From NCBI GenBank assembly GCA_965224485.1, contig CBDCZH010000019.1, positions 96,001-160,000 on the forward strand: 64,000 nucleotides of DNA, given 5' to 3'. This document shows positions 52,252 to 62,605 of the stretch, piece after piece; positions within the stretch are counted from its first letter, which is position 1, and every line of letters starts with the position of its first letter. The notes beneath the pieces were generated by a model. The model was not told the origin of the DNA. It was given only the letters and a program-made list of their open reading frames with translations, and searched no databases. Origin of the DNA: Arcobacteraceae bacterium (GTDB lineage Bacteria; Campylobacterota; Campylobacteria; Campylobacterales; Arcobacteraceae). Made by a program: the position numbers and the translations under genes.

Positions 52252-52938
52252 ATGGATTTTTACGAAAACTGGATTGATCTTGATTTAAACCCTATTTTGT
52301 CTTTTTCTTCAAAAGGCAAAATATTATATTCAAATCAAGAAGCTCAGTTTTTACTAAATAGAATTAAACAAAAAGAGTTATATGACTTAGCAATAACAAA
52401 TGCTTCTACTTCATATGGCTCTAAAACTACTTATTTGAATTTAAACCTAAGAAACTACAATTTTTACGCTATTACTGTTTATTATAATAGCGAAGAAGAA
52501 ATTCAGATTAAACTTTATAAAGCAACACTTGTAAAAAAGAAAAAACAAATACTAAATAAAAAAGCAAGTTTAAATAATATTTTTACCTTAATTGATTTAT
52601 GTATAAGTACAAAAAAGACAAAAACTAAAATCACATATAAAAAACTCTATGACCCCTCAATTCCAAAAATACTTATAATTGCAGCAGAATTTTTAAAACT
52701 TCTTAATTCTATTTACGACTCAATTCAAGATGCAACAAATATTACAACAGTAGTTAAGTTAAAAGTTGGTGAGTATATAAAAATTGAAGATAAAAAAGTT
52801 AATTTAATCTCAGTTGAGATTAAAAGTGATGGAAAGTTTCAAGATTTTAATTCTGATTTAGACTTAGATACAAACTCATTTATACTAACAAGTACAAATG
52901 AGCTTATAATTATAGATCTTCCTCTTCTTTTAAAATAA
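52252..52938 (+). CDS. Hypothetical protein (PAS-like N-terminus)
   Basis: NPILSFSSKGKILYSNQEAQFLL; coupled to rpoD. Confidence 0.7.
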   Translation: MDFYENWIDLDLNPILSFSSKGKILYSNQEAQFLLNRIKQKELYDLAITNASTSYGSKTTYLNLNLRNYNFYAITVYYNSEEEIQIKLYKATLVKKKKQILNKKASLNNIFTLIDLCISTKKTKTKITYKKLYDPSIPKILIIAAEFLKLLNSIYDSIQDATNITTVVKLKVGEYIKIEDKKVNLISVEIKSDGKFQDFNSDLDLDTNSFILTSTNELIIIDLPLLLK

Positions 52939-53449
52939 GACTTGAAATAAGCATAGAAAAAGGTACTACAAATAATCCTATTAAATAAGGAATAGCAGAA
53001 AAGATATGATTATTAGTAAGATATAAAAGTCCTACAATTAATAAAAAATATCCCCCTATTCTATAAAAAGACATAAATGAACTTGCAGAAGCAATGGTAT
53101 TTTTAAAATAATGTTTTTTTACCTTACTTTTTTCTTCTTTAATGATAGTTTTAATTTCACTAGAACTTAGTTCACTGTCATGCGGTTTTATATCATCTGA
53201 GTATAAATCATGAACATCATCAATTTCATCAATTAAATCCCTAGCATGATCCATGTTCGTATCTTCAAAATTCTCAATTCTTTTTTCAACTGAGTTTTTG
53301 TATGAAAAAAATGTTGCAAGAGTAATAAGTAGTGAGGACACAAAAGCGAATTGAGAGTTAATCAAATAAGAATAACCCCCAAAAGAAAATAAAGCAATAA
53401 TTAAAATAATATCAATTGCAAAAAAGATTTTAATATATTTTTTAATCAT
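52910..53449 (-). CDS. Hypothetical membrane protein
   Basis: 4 TM segments; follows the AtpZ/AtpI-like gene. Confidence 0.7.
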   Translation of the reverse strand: MIKKYIKIFFAIDIILIIALFSFGGYSYLINSQFAFVSSLLITLATFFSYKNSVEKRIENFEDTNMDHARDLIDEIDDVHDLYSDDIKPHDSELSSSEIKTIIKEEKSKVKKHYFKNTIASASSFMSFYRIGGYFLLIVGLLYLTNNHIFSAIPYLIGLFVVPFSMLISSLILKEEEDL

Positions 53450-53454
53450 TTATT

Positions 53455-53769
53455 TTAATCATCTTCCACATTATCATTATCACCATATTTTGCCCTATGT
53501 GCATATCTTGGATCATTTTCTAGATCTTTAAACTGAGCTTGTGCTCTTTTATATGCTTTATATACATTTAAAGCAGCAGCACAAATACCCCAAAAAATAC
53601 CAAGAAATAATAACCAAGTATATCCAGTCCAATTTTTTAACAAAATACCAGCACCAGTTCCTAAAGCTACAGCTACAACAATAGAAATACCTAAAGATAA
53701 ATTATCTAAGGCTTCTAATTTCCCCTTATGTTTAGGAGTTTTTTCTTTTAAATCTTCTTTATTTTCCAT
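53455..53769 (-). CDS. AtpZ/AtpI-family (ATPase_gene1) protein
   Basis: LSLGISIVVAV, WLLFLGIFWG, NVYKAYK. Confidence 0.8.
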   Translation of the reverse strand: MENKEDLKEKTPKHKGKLEALDNLSLGISIVVAVALGTGAGILLKNWTGYTWLLFLGIFWGICAAALNVYKAYKRAQAQFKDLENDPRYAHRAKYGDNDNVEDD

Positions 53770-53784
53770 TATTTATCTTTTTTA

Positions 53785-54099
53785 TTAATTTATATAAGAG
53801 CAACAATAATCACATATTGTTTTAACTTTTATATCAAAATTTGAATTTGCTTTTATTTCAAAAGTATCATCTGCTTCATAAAAATTCCAAGAAGTTTCAT
53901 TTTCTAATCTAACTTCTACTTCACCAGCTAATATTTCCATTATTTCAGCTTTTTTTGTACCAAAATTATACTCACCTATCATCATAATACCTAAAGATTT
54001 TTCTTCACCTTCTTGTGTGATGAAAGTTCGTGAAGTTACATTTCCATTAAAATATATATTTGATTTTTTAACTAATTCAACGTTTTTGATACTTTTCAA
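53785..54099 (-). CDS. ppnP: Pyrimidine/purine nucleoside phosphorylase
   Basis: NIYFNGNVTSR, EIMEILAG, DYCCSY. Confidence 0.9.
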   Translation of the reverse strand: MKSIKNVELVKKSNIYFNGNVTSRTFITQEGEEKSLGIMMIGEYNFGTKKAEIMEILAGEVEVRLENETSWNFYEADDTFEIKANSNFDIKVKTICDYCCSYIN

Positions 54100-54109
54100 T
54101 TAAATTTCC

Positions 54110-55396
54110 TTATTTTTTTAAGTTTTGCATAATATCAGAAGCTGCATTAATACAAGAATCAATCATTTCATTTGTTATAACAGTTGAAATAAATCCTGTT
54201 TCATACTGTGAACAAGCAAAATAATAACCTCTTTTTAACATCTCGTGATGAAAAGTAGCAAAGGCTTCAAAATCACAAAGGCCTACTTCTTTAAAATTTT
54301 TAGGTTCTTTTTCACAAAAGAAAAATCCAAACATTGAACCTCTTGTATTTACTTGTAAAGCAATATTATTTTCATTTGCTACTTTTTTAAAACCATTTAC
54401 TAGTCTTAAGGCTTTTTCATTTAGTTCTTTATGTATATTCTTTGAAGCTTTTAACTTTTTAAGAGATACTAAACCAGCTGCCATTGCAACAGGATTTCCA
54501 CTTAGGGTTCCTGCTTGATAAACAGTTCCATCAGGTGATAAATGATTCATAATTTTAGAAGATGAAGCAAAAGCACCAACAGGCATACCAGCGCCTATTA
54601 CTTTACCAAAAGTAATAATATCAGCCTTAGTATCAACTAAACCAGATGCTCCGCTTAACGAAGCTCTAAAACCACTCATAACTTCATCAAAAATCAGTAA
54701 AGCATCATTTTTATCACATAAATCTCTACAAGCTTTTAAAAACTCACTTGAAGCTGGAACTAGACCCATATTTCCAGCAATTGGTTCTATTATAATACAA
54801 GCAATATCACTAGAATCTTCAAAACATTTCTCTAAATTTTTAATATTGTTATATTCACATAAAAGTGTATGTTTTATTAAATCAGCTGGCACGCCTGGTG
54901 AACTAGGGCTTCCAAAAGTAGCAAGCCCTGAACCTGCCTGTACTAAAAGTGAGTCAGAGTGTCCATGATAACAACCTTCAAACTTCAAGATATCATTTTT
55001 ACCACTAACACCACGTGCAAGTCTAATTGCAGACATAACAGCTTCAGTTCCAGAACTTACAAATCTTACTTTATCAATATAGTCATACATTTCAACAATT
55101 TCATTAGCTAATTGTGTTTCAAGTAAAGTAGGAGCTCCAAATGATAAACCTTTTTTACAAGTTGCAATTACTGCTTCTTCTATATCTTTATCACAATGAC
55201 CAAAAATCAAAGGTCCCCAAGATTGTACAAAATCTAAGTATTTATTTCCATCTATATCAAAAAGGTAAGCCCCTTCTCCTTTGTCAATAAAAGGTGGTGT
55301 TCCTTTTACTCCTTTAAAAGCACGAACAGGTGAGTCAACTCCACCTGGGATTACTCTTTTAGCATCTGCATAAGCATTAAGTGATTTATCAAACAT
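54110..55396 (-). CDS. hemL: Glutamate-1-semialdehyde aminotransferase
   Basis: [29 protein letters not shown]. Confidence 0.97.
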   Translation of the reverse strand: MFDKSLNAYADAKRVIPGGVDSPVRAFKGVKGTPPFIDKGEGAYLFDIDGNKYLDFVQSWGPLIFGHCDKDIEEAVIATCKKGLSFGAPTLLETQLANEIVEMYDYIDKVRFVSSGTEAVMSAIRLARGVSGKNDILKFEGCYHGHSDSLLVQAGSGLATFGSPSSPGVPADLIKHTLLCEYNNIKNLEKCFEDSSDIACIIIEPIAGNMGLVPASSEFLKACRDLCDKNDALLIFDEVMSGFRASLSGASGLVDTKADIITFGKVIGAGMPVGAFASSSKIMNHLSPDGTVYQAGTLSGNPVAMAAGLVSLKKLKASKNIHKELNEKALRLVNGFKKVANENNIALQVNTRGSMFGFFFCEKEPKNFKEVGLCDFEAFATFHHEMLKRGYYFACSQYETGFISTVITNEMIDSCINAASDIMQNLKK

Positions 55397-55459
55397 TTAT
55401 CATATCCTATATTATTATTTATTCATTATAAAAAAGAAATATTATACTATAATCAAAAT

Positions 55460-56266
55460 ATGAAACAAATCATAAGTGCTATATTTTTATCTATACTTTT
55501 ACATTTATTAATACTTTACACATATAAACTTCCAAAGACTAGCAAAAGTTTAGAAAAAAGTGAGATAAAAGGCAAGGATAAGGTTCTTGTACATTATGTA
55601 AAATTAAGAAAAACAAACTCTTTGGACAAGATATCTCCTAAAATAATAAAAAAAGAAGAAAAACAAACAGAAAAAAAAGTCAAAATAAAAGCTAAAGAAA
55701 CACTAGAAAAAAAGAAGTATATAAAAGTTAAAAAAATCGTAAAAACAGCAAGAAGAAAAGTTATTAAAAGAGATAAAAATAATATAGAAAAAACAAATAA
55801 AAACAAAACTCTAAAAAAAGAAGAAATTCTACCAAGTTTTTTAGTTCAAAAAACAAGTCAATTTAAGAAAGAAATTATTAAAGATATTTTAAAAGAACCT
55901 CTTGATTTAAGAATGTTAGATCAATTAACACAAAGTTATATTAAATTATATGGAGAAGATTATAATAACTTTACAAAGATTCAAAAAGTCTATTTACAAA
56001 ATAACTTAAAAAATATTGGTAGAATTACACAAAAGTATCTTAGATACCCAAAACTCTCTATTAAAATGAGACAAAGTGGCATGAATATAGTTGAGTTTAC
56101 TTTGTATCCAAATGGAGATATAAGCGAACCTAAAATAATAAATAGCTCAGATTATGCAGCTTTAGATAAAAATACTTTAGAAACTATATATATTGCTTAT
56201 AAGGATTACCCAAGACCAAGAGAAGCTACAAAAATAAGAATATATGTCACATATCGCTTATATTAA
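55460..56266 (+). CDS. TonB-family energy transducer
   Basis: N-terminal SILLH TM, Lys-rich linker, TonB_C-like YPK...VEFTLYPNG...SS...LD. Confidence 0.8.
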   Translation: MKQIISAIFLSILLHLLILYTYKLPKTSKSLEKSEIKGKDKVLVHYVKLRKTNSLDKISPKIIKKEEKQTEKKVKIKAKETLEKKKYIKVKKIVKTARRKVIKRDKNNIEKTNKNKTLKKEEILPSFLVQKTSQFKKEIIKDILKEPLDLRMLDQLTQSYIKLYGEDYNNFTKIQKVYLQNNLKNIGRITQKYLRYPKLSIKMRQSGMNIVEFTLYPNGDISEPKIINSSDYAALDKNTLETIYIAYKDYPRPREATKIRIYVTYRLY

Positions 56267-56317
56267 TTAATTTTTTTGCTACAATACGAAAAATATTTTT
56301 TAAGAAGAAGGCAAACA

Positions 56318-57235
56318 ATGTTAACTAATAAAATTAGAAATCAAGAAAACGGAATTTTACTATATGGAATAACTCCTCCAAAAATTGGTCATGATGATGA
56401 AAAAATTAGAACTATTGCGAATACTCACATAAAAAGAATTCAAGAATTAGATATTGATGGCCTTGTTTTATATGATATTCAAGATGAAAGTTCAAGAACT
56501 AATGAGAAAAGACCTTTTCCTTTTATACAAACTATGAACCCTTGTGAGTTTTCAAAGCAGTATTTACAAGAGCTTAAAACACCTAGAATTATATACAGAG
56601 CAGTAGGAAAATATACCAAAGAAAAATTTTCTACTTGGCTTAAAGAAACAAGAGTTTCCCAAGTTCACTCTGTTTTTGTAGGAAGTGCATCTAAAAGTCA
56701 AGAAACAAGTCTTAGTATTAAAGAAGCTTATGATTTGAAAAAAGAAGTAAATGATAATCTTTGTATGGGTGGGATTTTAATACCTGAAAGACATGCAAAA
56801 AAAGGCGATGAGCACTTAAGAGTTTTTGAAAAAACTGATGCTGGTTGTGAGTATTTTATTACTCAATGTATTTATGATTTAGAAGCAGCAAAGATATTTT
56901 TAAGTGATTATAATACTTATGCAAAAAAACACAATAAAAAAATTGTACCAATAATCTTTACACTAACACCTTGTGGAAGTGCAAAAACATTAGAATTTAT
57001 GAAATGGCTTGGAATTAATATTCCTAATTATTTAGAAGAAGAGTTAAAAGAATCAGGAGATATTTTAAAGCACTCACTTGAATTATCAATTCATATTTTT
57101 AAAGAATTATATACTTATGCAAGAAAAAAGAATATTCCTATTGGATGTAATATTGAAAGTGTTGCTATTAGAAAAGAAGAAATAGAAGCTTCAATTGAAC
57201 TTGTTTATAAAATAAAAGAGATAATGAGTAAATAA
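56318..57235 (+). CDS. Methylenetetrahydrofolate reductase-family protein (start moved to 56318)
   Basis: YGITPPK, YDIQDES, IPERH, YFITQCIY. Confidence 0.8.
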   Translation: MLTNKIRNQENGILLYGITPPKIGHDDEKIRTIANTHIKRIQELDIDGLVLYDIQDESSRTNEKRPFPFIQTMNPCEFSKQYLQELKTPRIIYRAVGKYTKEKFSTWLKETRVSQVHSVFVGSASKSQETSLSIKEAYDLKKEVNDNLCMGGILIPERHAKKGDEHLRVFEKTDAGCEYFITQCIYDLEAAKIFLSDYNTYAKKHNKKIVPIIFTLTPCGSAKTLEFMKWLGINIPNYLEEELKESGDILKHSLELSIHIFKELYTYARKKNIPIGCNIESVAIRKEEIEASIELVYKIKEIMSK

Positions 57236-57306
57236 CATTACATTTTGTAATAATTTTATAATAAAATAACAAAACGTGATAAACTTCTTGAAATAAAGGA
57301 TTTATC

Positions 57307-57495
57307 ATGTTTATAAATGAAGATTTAGCCTATTTATACAGAAAACTAGATTATGCTATTTGGCAAAAAGAAGCTTGTTCTGATATTACTTTAGAAAAAA
57401 ACAAAGAAGCACAAAAATTAATTTCTTATTATAATAGAAAAATTGAATCTATAAGAAGAAAAAAGAATATGATTAAACAATTAAGTTTATTTTAG
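57307..57495 (+). CDS. Small hypothetical protein ending in QLSLF
   Basis: 62-aa ORF with AAGGA RBS. Confidence 0.65.
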   Translation: MFINEDLAYLYRKLDYAIWQKEACSDITLEKNKEAQKLISYYNRKIESIRRKKNMIKQLSLF

Positions 57496-58431
57496 TTTCC
57501 AATAGAAAATTTTATTTTCATTACCAGAAGAAAATAGTTCATTTTCATTTACAAAACTAATATTTGAAGGCACTGCTTTATGCCCTACTAAGGTATATAG
57601 TTTTTTCTTATTCTTAATATTGAAAACCTGCAAAACCCCATCTTCAGTACTAGAATAAACTCCTAAAGTAGCATTTGGATTTAAAGCAACCGCAAAAACT
57701 AAAAAATCACTTTTAAGATAATAGGTATTTTTATTTTTAGAATAAACCCCTACCCTTCTGTCTTGTCCCGCTGTTATAATAACGCCATTAGCATAAGCTA
57801 TTTTATAAATTCTATCCACATTTAAAGACTCATAAATTTTTATAATTTTTCCACTTTTAATATCTAAAGAAGTAACTCGTCCACTCTCAGAAGCACTTAA
57901 TAATTTTGTTTTATCTTTACTTAAAACCATATCAGTAAAAGCTGAAAGTTCTAAGTGTTTTTTATAAAAAGTATAATTATCTTTTAAATTGTAAGAAATA
58001 ATTTCATGCCCTAGTGTTCCTAAAACAAAACTATCTTCATTTATAAATCTAGCTTCTTTAACACTTAACTTATCTTTTATGCTTAGGATTTTTTTTAATA
58101 TTTTTCCATCATGTATCCAAACATTTCTAAAACCTTTTAAAGTGGTACTTACAAATAAAGTTTTGTTATTAAACCTATCAACCGATAAGATTTTTGCTCT
58201 TATATTTTGATTCTTTGTCAATAATAGTGAGGGCAAAATAATTTCATCTACAATTTTTTTACTTTTAAAATCAAATATTTCTATTGAACCCTCATCATTT
58301 GCAATATACATAAATGATTTATCAATAACAAAATCAAGAACTAAAGCTTTTGTTTTAATTATGAAAAAAGGTTTTATCTCTTTTGAATAAGAAGAAGAAA
58401 AAAGAAGGGTTACATATAATAAAAACCTCAT
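57487..58431 (-). CDS. Periplasmic WD40/beta-propeller protein (NapL-like)
   Basis: Signal peptide; TAGQDRRVGVY, LVGH, IFYWK repeats. Confidence 0.75.
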   Translation of the reverse strand: MRFLLYVTLLFSSSYSKEIKPFFIIKTKALVLDFVIDKSFMYIANDEGSIEIFDFKSKKIVDEIILPSLLLTKNQNIRAKILSVDRFNNKTLFVSTTLKGFRNVWIHDGKILKKILSIKDKLSVKEARFINEDSFVLGTLGHEIISYNLKDNYTFYKKHLELSAFTDMVLSKDKTKLLSASESGRVTSLDIKSGKIIKIYESLNVDRIYKIAYANGVIITAGQDRRVGVYSKNKNTYYLKSDFLVFAVALNPNATLGVYSSTEDGVLQVFNIKNKKKLYTLVGHKAVPSNISFVNENELFSSGNENKIFYWKLK

Positions 58432-58439
58432 AAAAGGTC

Positions 58440-59291
58440 TTATTTTATACTTGCTAAAACAAGCTCTCTTAGAGTTTTACAAGCAACTGCTGTTGAAGCT
58501 CCACTTGAATCATATTTAGGACTTAGTTCAACTATATCAAGGCCTACAACATTTTGTAAAGCACTTAGCTGTGAAATTATTTCAAGCATATCATGAAAAT
58601 TTATACCCCCTGGTTCTGGTGTTCCAGTTCCTGGTAAAACACTTGGATCAAAAACATCTAAATCAAGAGTAATATAAACAGCCTTGTGTTCTAATCTTTT
58701 AACACAGGCCTTTAATGTTTTATAAGTAAACATTTCTAAATTAGTATGCTCTTTTGCCCATAAAAACTCTTCTTTTAAACCAGATCGTATGCAAAACTGA
58801 TTTATTTTACCAATTCCTACTTGATCATAAATTCTTCTTAAAACAGTTGCATGACTTAAAGCTTCACCTAAATAATCTTCTCGTAAATCAGTATGTGCAT
58901 CAAAGTGAATAATATGTAAATCATCATATTTTTTACTTAAGGCTTTTATTGGAGCTAAAGATACTAAATGCTCTCCTCCTATCATAATAGGAATTTTATT
59001 AGCATCAATTATTTTTTGTACATGTTCTTGAATTATTCTTAAGGCCTTTTTTTTATCACCAAAAGGAAGTTCTAAATCTCCATAATCAAAAAGATTTAAA
59101 TCATCTAAATCTTTGTCTAAATAAGGGCTATAAGATTCTAGACCCCAAGAATCCTCTCTCATAGCACAAGGAGCGAATCTTGTCCCTGGTTTAAAAGAAG
59201 TAGTTCCATCAAAAGGAGCTCCAAATAAAACTGCTTTTGAAGATTCAAAATCTTCTTCAAAACCAAGAAAAGTATTTTTTACTGCTTTCAT
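58440..59291 (-). CDS. speB: Agmatinase
   Basis: GGEHL, HFDAHTDLR, DLDVFDP..PGTGTPEPGG. Confidence 0.93.
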   Translation of the reverse strand: MKAVKNTFLGFEEDFESSKAVLFGAPFDGTTSFKPGTRFAPCAMREDSWGLESYSPYLDKDLDDLNLFDYGDLELPFGDKKKALRIIQEHVQKIIDANKIPIMIGGEHLVSLAPIKALSKKYDDLHIIHFDAHTDLREDYLGEALSHATVLRRIYDQVGIGKINQFCIRSGLKEEFLWAKEHTNLEMFTYKTLKACVKRLEHKAVYITLDLDVFDPSVLPGTGTPEPGGINFHDMLEIISQLSALQNVVGLDIVELSPKYDSSGASTAVACKTLRELVLASIK

Positions 59292-60401
59292 TTATGATAA
59301 CCTTCTTTCAAAAGAGTATAAATCCATATACCTAAAGGCTAATAAATTCTCTAAAATTGCAAAAATAATAATATAATTAATAAAAGAACTTCCTCCATAA
59401 GATAATAAGGGCAAGGGAAGTCCAACCACAGGAGCGAAACCAATAACCATCAAAATATTAATACTCATATTTAAAAATAATAAAAGCCCAATTCCCGAGG
59501 AAAAGCACCTTATGACATAATCGTCTTTAAAATAATAATTCATGGATAAGAGATGAATAATAAGCAATAAATATAAAGTTATTAAACCAGCAGCTCCTAA
59601 AAAACCATAACGCTCTACAAAATAAGCAAATATAAAATCACTTGTTGCAATTGGCAAAAATTTTAAATGTGCTTGTGTCGCTTCATCTGATTTTTTACCA
59701 GTTAATCCCCCTGAACCAATAGCTATAATTGACTGTTGTACGTGATAAGAAGGTTTTTCAGAAATAAAATCAGAAATTCTTTTTTTCTGATAATCTTTTA
59801 TTAAATATGTATAAATAAAAGGGGAGCTTACTGTAATTATAAGTAAAATTCCTACCCAAATTTTCCAATAAACACCTATAATAAATAGTATTCCATAACC
59901 TAATAGAAGTAAAACTAAAGCTGTTCCTAAATCAGGTTCTTTAGCTATTAAAATAAAAGGAATAATAATAAAAGTTGAGAAATATAAAAATGCTTTAAAT
60001 CTATATCCACCTTTAGGAGGTGGTTTTTGATGTATTAAATAACCTAACATTAGTAAAAAAAGAGGTTTTATTAGTTCACTTGGTTGAATAGTTGAGCTTG
60101 TTCCTGGTATTTCTAACCATCTTTTAGCACCTAATTTTGTAACCCCATAAAATTCAACAGCAAAAAGCAATAAAATTCCTAAGCAATATAAAAAAGGAAT
60201 AAGTCTTAAATTTCTTCTAATAGGAAGCATAAAAACCACTAAAAACGCCACTAATGCAACGCTAAAGTATATTAACTGTTTTTGTGCTAATATTTCATTT
60301 GTTTCACTAATTAAGTGATAAGAAATATATACCAATGGCAGTACAAAAAGTATAAGTAAATAGTCAAAATGAGATATAATTCTTTTATCAATAAATTGCA
60401 T
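59292..60401 (-). CDS. rodA: Rod shape-determining protein RodA (SEDS family)
   Basis: GAKRWL, IQPSE, EPDLGT, TSDFIFA, SYGGSS. Confidence 0.88.
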   Translation of the reverse strand: MQFIDKRIISHFDYLLILFVLPLVYISYHLISETNEILAQKQLIYFSVALVAFLVVFMLPIRRNLRLIPFLYCLGILLLFAVEFYGVTKLGAKRWLEIPGTSSTIQPSELIKPLFLLMLGYLIHQKPPPKGGYRFKAFLYFSTFIIIPFILIAKEPDLGTALVLLLLGYGILFIIGVYWKIWVGILLIITVSSPFIYTYLIKDYQKKRISDFISEKPSYHVQQSIIAIGSGGLTGKKSDEATQAHLKFLPIATSDFIFAYFVERYGFLGAAGLITLYLLLIIHLLSMNYYFKDDYVIRCFSSGIGLLLFLNMSINILMVIGFAPVVGLPLPLLSYGGSSFINYIIIFAILENLLAFRYMDLYSFERRLS

Positions 60402-60402
60402 A

Positions 60403-61383
60403 ATGAAAGAGTATCAAAATATGAATAAAATCTTTATTGTAAATGAAGTAAATAGATTAGACAAGTTTTTAACTTCCCAAATTGAAGTTTCTAGAAATCA
60501 GATTGAAAACTTAATTAAAAAAGAGTTTGTAAAAGTTAATAATAAATTAATAAAAAAAACATCTTTTAGAGTAAAAGAAGAAGATGAAGTAGAAGTAAAC
60601 TTTCCCGAAGCGCTAGAAGGTGAAAAAGTTACAGTTGATTTTGATGTAGAGATAATTTATGAAGATGAAGAAATCTTAGTAATAAATAAACCATATAATT
60701 TAACAGTTCATGGAGCACCCAGTGTTAAAGATGCAACTTTAGTAGATTGGCTTAAGTCTAAAAACATCTCTTTATCAACTATAAGCGCAGAAATAAGACA
60801 TGGAATAGTTCATAGACTTGATAAAGGAACATCAGGAGTTATGGTTATTGCTAAAACAAATGAAGCTCATGTACACCTAGCAAAACAACTAGAAGAAAAA
60901 TCTATGGGTAGATATTATTTAGCAATAACAGATCTAGCCTTAAGAGAAAATATTGTAATTGAAAATGAAATTGGAAGAAATCCTAATAATAGATTACAAA
61001 TGACCGTTCTTAAAAATGGAAAACTTGCAAAATCTGCTTTTGCAAAAATTGCACTTAGTTCAAATGATAAATATGAATTAGTTTCTTGTAAGTTATTTAC
61101 AGGAAGAACTCACCAAATAAGAGTTCATCTAAACTCAATAAATAGGCACATTCTAGGGGATAATTTATATGGATTTAAGGGCGAATTAAATAAAATTAAA
61201 AGATTTTACTTACATGCATATATGCTTTATTTACGTCATCCAAAAACAAATGAACAAATGAGTTTTGTGGCAAATATTGCTGATGATATGAGTGAGTTTT
61301 TACACAAGAATTTTAAAATGGAGAATATAAATGAACAAATTAATAAAGATAGCTTCAGCGACATTTTTAACTTTACTAATTAG
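60403..61383 (+). CDS. RluA/RluD-family pseudouridine synthase (start may be 60421)
   Basis: S4 domain, HRLDKGTSG, TGRTHQIRVH. Confidence 0.92.
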   Translation: MKEYQNMNKIFIVNEVNRLDKFLTSQIEVSRNQIENLIKKEFVKVNNKLIKKTSFRVKEEDEVEVNFPEALEGEKVTVDFDVEIIYEDEEILVINKPYNLTVHGAPSVKDATLVDWLKSKNISLSTISAEIRHGIVHRLDKGTSGVMVIAKTNEAHVHLAKQLEEKSMGRYYLAITDLALRENIVIENEIGRNPNNRLQMTVLKNGKLAKSAFAKIALSSNDKYELVSCKLFTGRTHQIRVHLNSINRHILGDNLYGFKGELNKIKRFYLHAYMLYLRHPKTNEQMSFVANIADDMSEFLHKNFKMENINEQINKDSFSDIFNFTN

Positions 61384-62605
61384 TGGATGTAGTATAAAAG
61401 GTTTAAACACAGCGACTGAACCAAGAATTGATCCAAGTTTAGAAGTAATCAATAATGAATCGATTAGAACAATATCAGGAATAAACTCAATTGCTTTTGA
61501 GTGGAGAAAAGTTGATGATATTAATGCTATTGGTTATAATTTTTATAGAGCAAAATTAAATGATGAAAAAATAAAACTAAGACATATTAAACTATTAAAA
61601 AATAGATATTCAAGTCATTATTTAGATAATGACTTACAACCAAATACTTCTTATGTATATTCTATGACAACTGCTAATGCAAAAGACTATGAGTCAAAAT
61701 CTACAAAATCATTTGAAGTTAAAACATTAGATGTTCCAGTAGCAATTCCATTTATTCAAGCAATTTCAAACTTGCCAAGACAGATAAAAATTCTTTGGAG
61801 ACCACATCCAAATGAGAGCATTGAGTATTATAAAGTTTTTAGAAAACAACCAAATGAATCAGATTGGGAAAAACTTAAAACTCTAGATGGAAGATTACAA
61901 GCTGAATATATTGATGAAGATTTAGATGATAATATTGTATATCTTTATAAAGTTATTGCTTATACTTTTGAAGATATAGCTTCAAAAGAAAGTCAAATAG
62001 TTCAAGCTCAAACAAAACCTTTACCACAAGGAATTAATAATCTTACTGCAAGTCAAAACCTACCTAAAAAGATTGTTTTAACTTGGAGTGCTTCATCAGA
62101 AAATGGAATTATAAGATATAGACTTTATAAAAACTCATCTTTAAATGGTTCATTTTCACTTGTAAAAGATTTTAATACAGAAGTTTTATCTTATGAAGAT
62201 GTTATACAAGAAGATGGAAAAGTATATTTTTATAAAGTAACTACTACAGATAAAGATGGTTTAGAAAGTTCTTTAAATATTAATGCAAAAATGGGTATGA
62301 CTTTACCAAAACTAAATAAACCTGTTTTAACTCTAGCTCAAATACAAGGTGAAAAAGCAATTTTAAACTGGCAAGCTGGAGATAATAGAGCTAAAACATT
62401 TACTGTTTATAAAAAAGCAAAAATAGGAATGTTTAAAATCACTAAAACAAAATATACAAATATTTCTGCTTTAAGATTTGAAGACAATAATATAATTAGA
62501 GGTGTAGAGTATGAATATACAATTCAATCAGTAGATGAATTTGGAATTGTATCAGAGCAAACAAAAGAAACAACTCTTATTTTACCAAAACTAGTAAATA
62601 ATTAA
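61331..62605 (+). CDS. Fibronectin type III repeat lipoprotein (FlpA-like)
   Basis: Lipobox ISGC; four FN3-like repeats. Confidence 0.88.
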   Translation: MNKLIKIASATFLTLLISGCSIKGLNTATEPRIDPSLEVINNESIRTISGINSIAFEWRKVDDINAIGYNFYRAKLNDEKIKLRHIKLLKNRYSSHYLDNDLQPNTSYVYSMTTANAKDYESKSTKSFEVKTLDVPVAIPFIQAISNLPRQIKILWRPHPNESIEYYKVFRKQPNESDWEKLKTLDGRLQAEYIDEDLDDNIVYLYKVIAYTFEDIASKESQIVQAQTKPLPQGINNLTASQNLPKKIVLTWSASSENGIIRYRLYKNSSLNGSFSLVKDFNTEVLSYEDVIQEDGKVYFYKVTTTDKDGLESSLNINAKMGMTLPKLNKPVLTLAQIQGEKAILNWQAGDNRAKTFTVYKKAKIGMFKITKTKYTNISALRFEDNNIIRGVEYEYTIQSVDEFGIVSEQTKETTLILPKLVNN

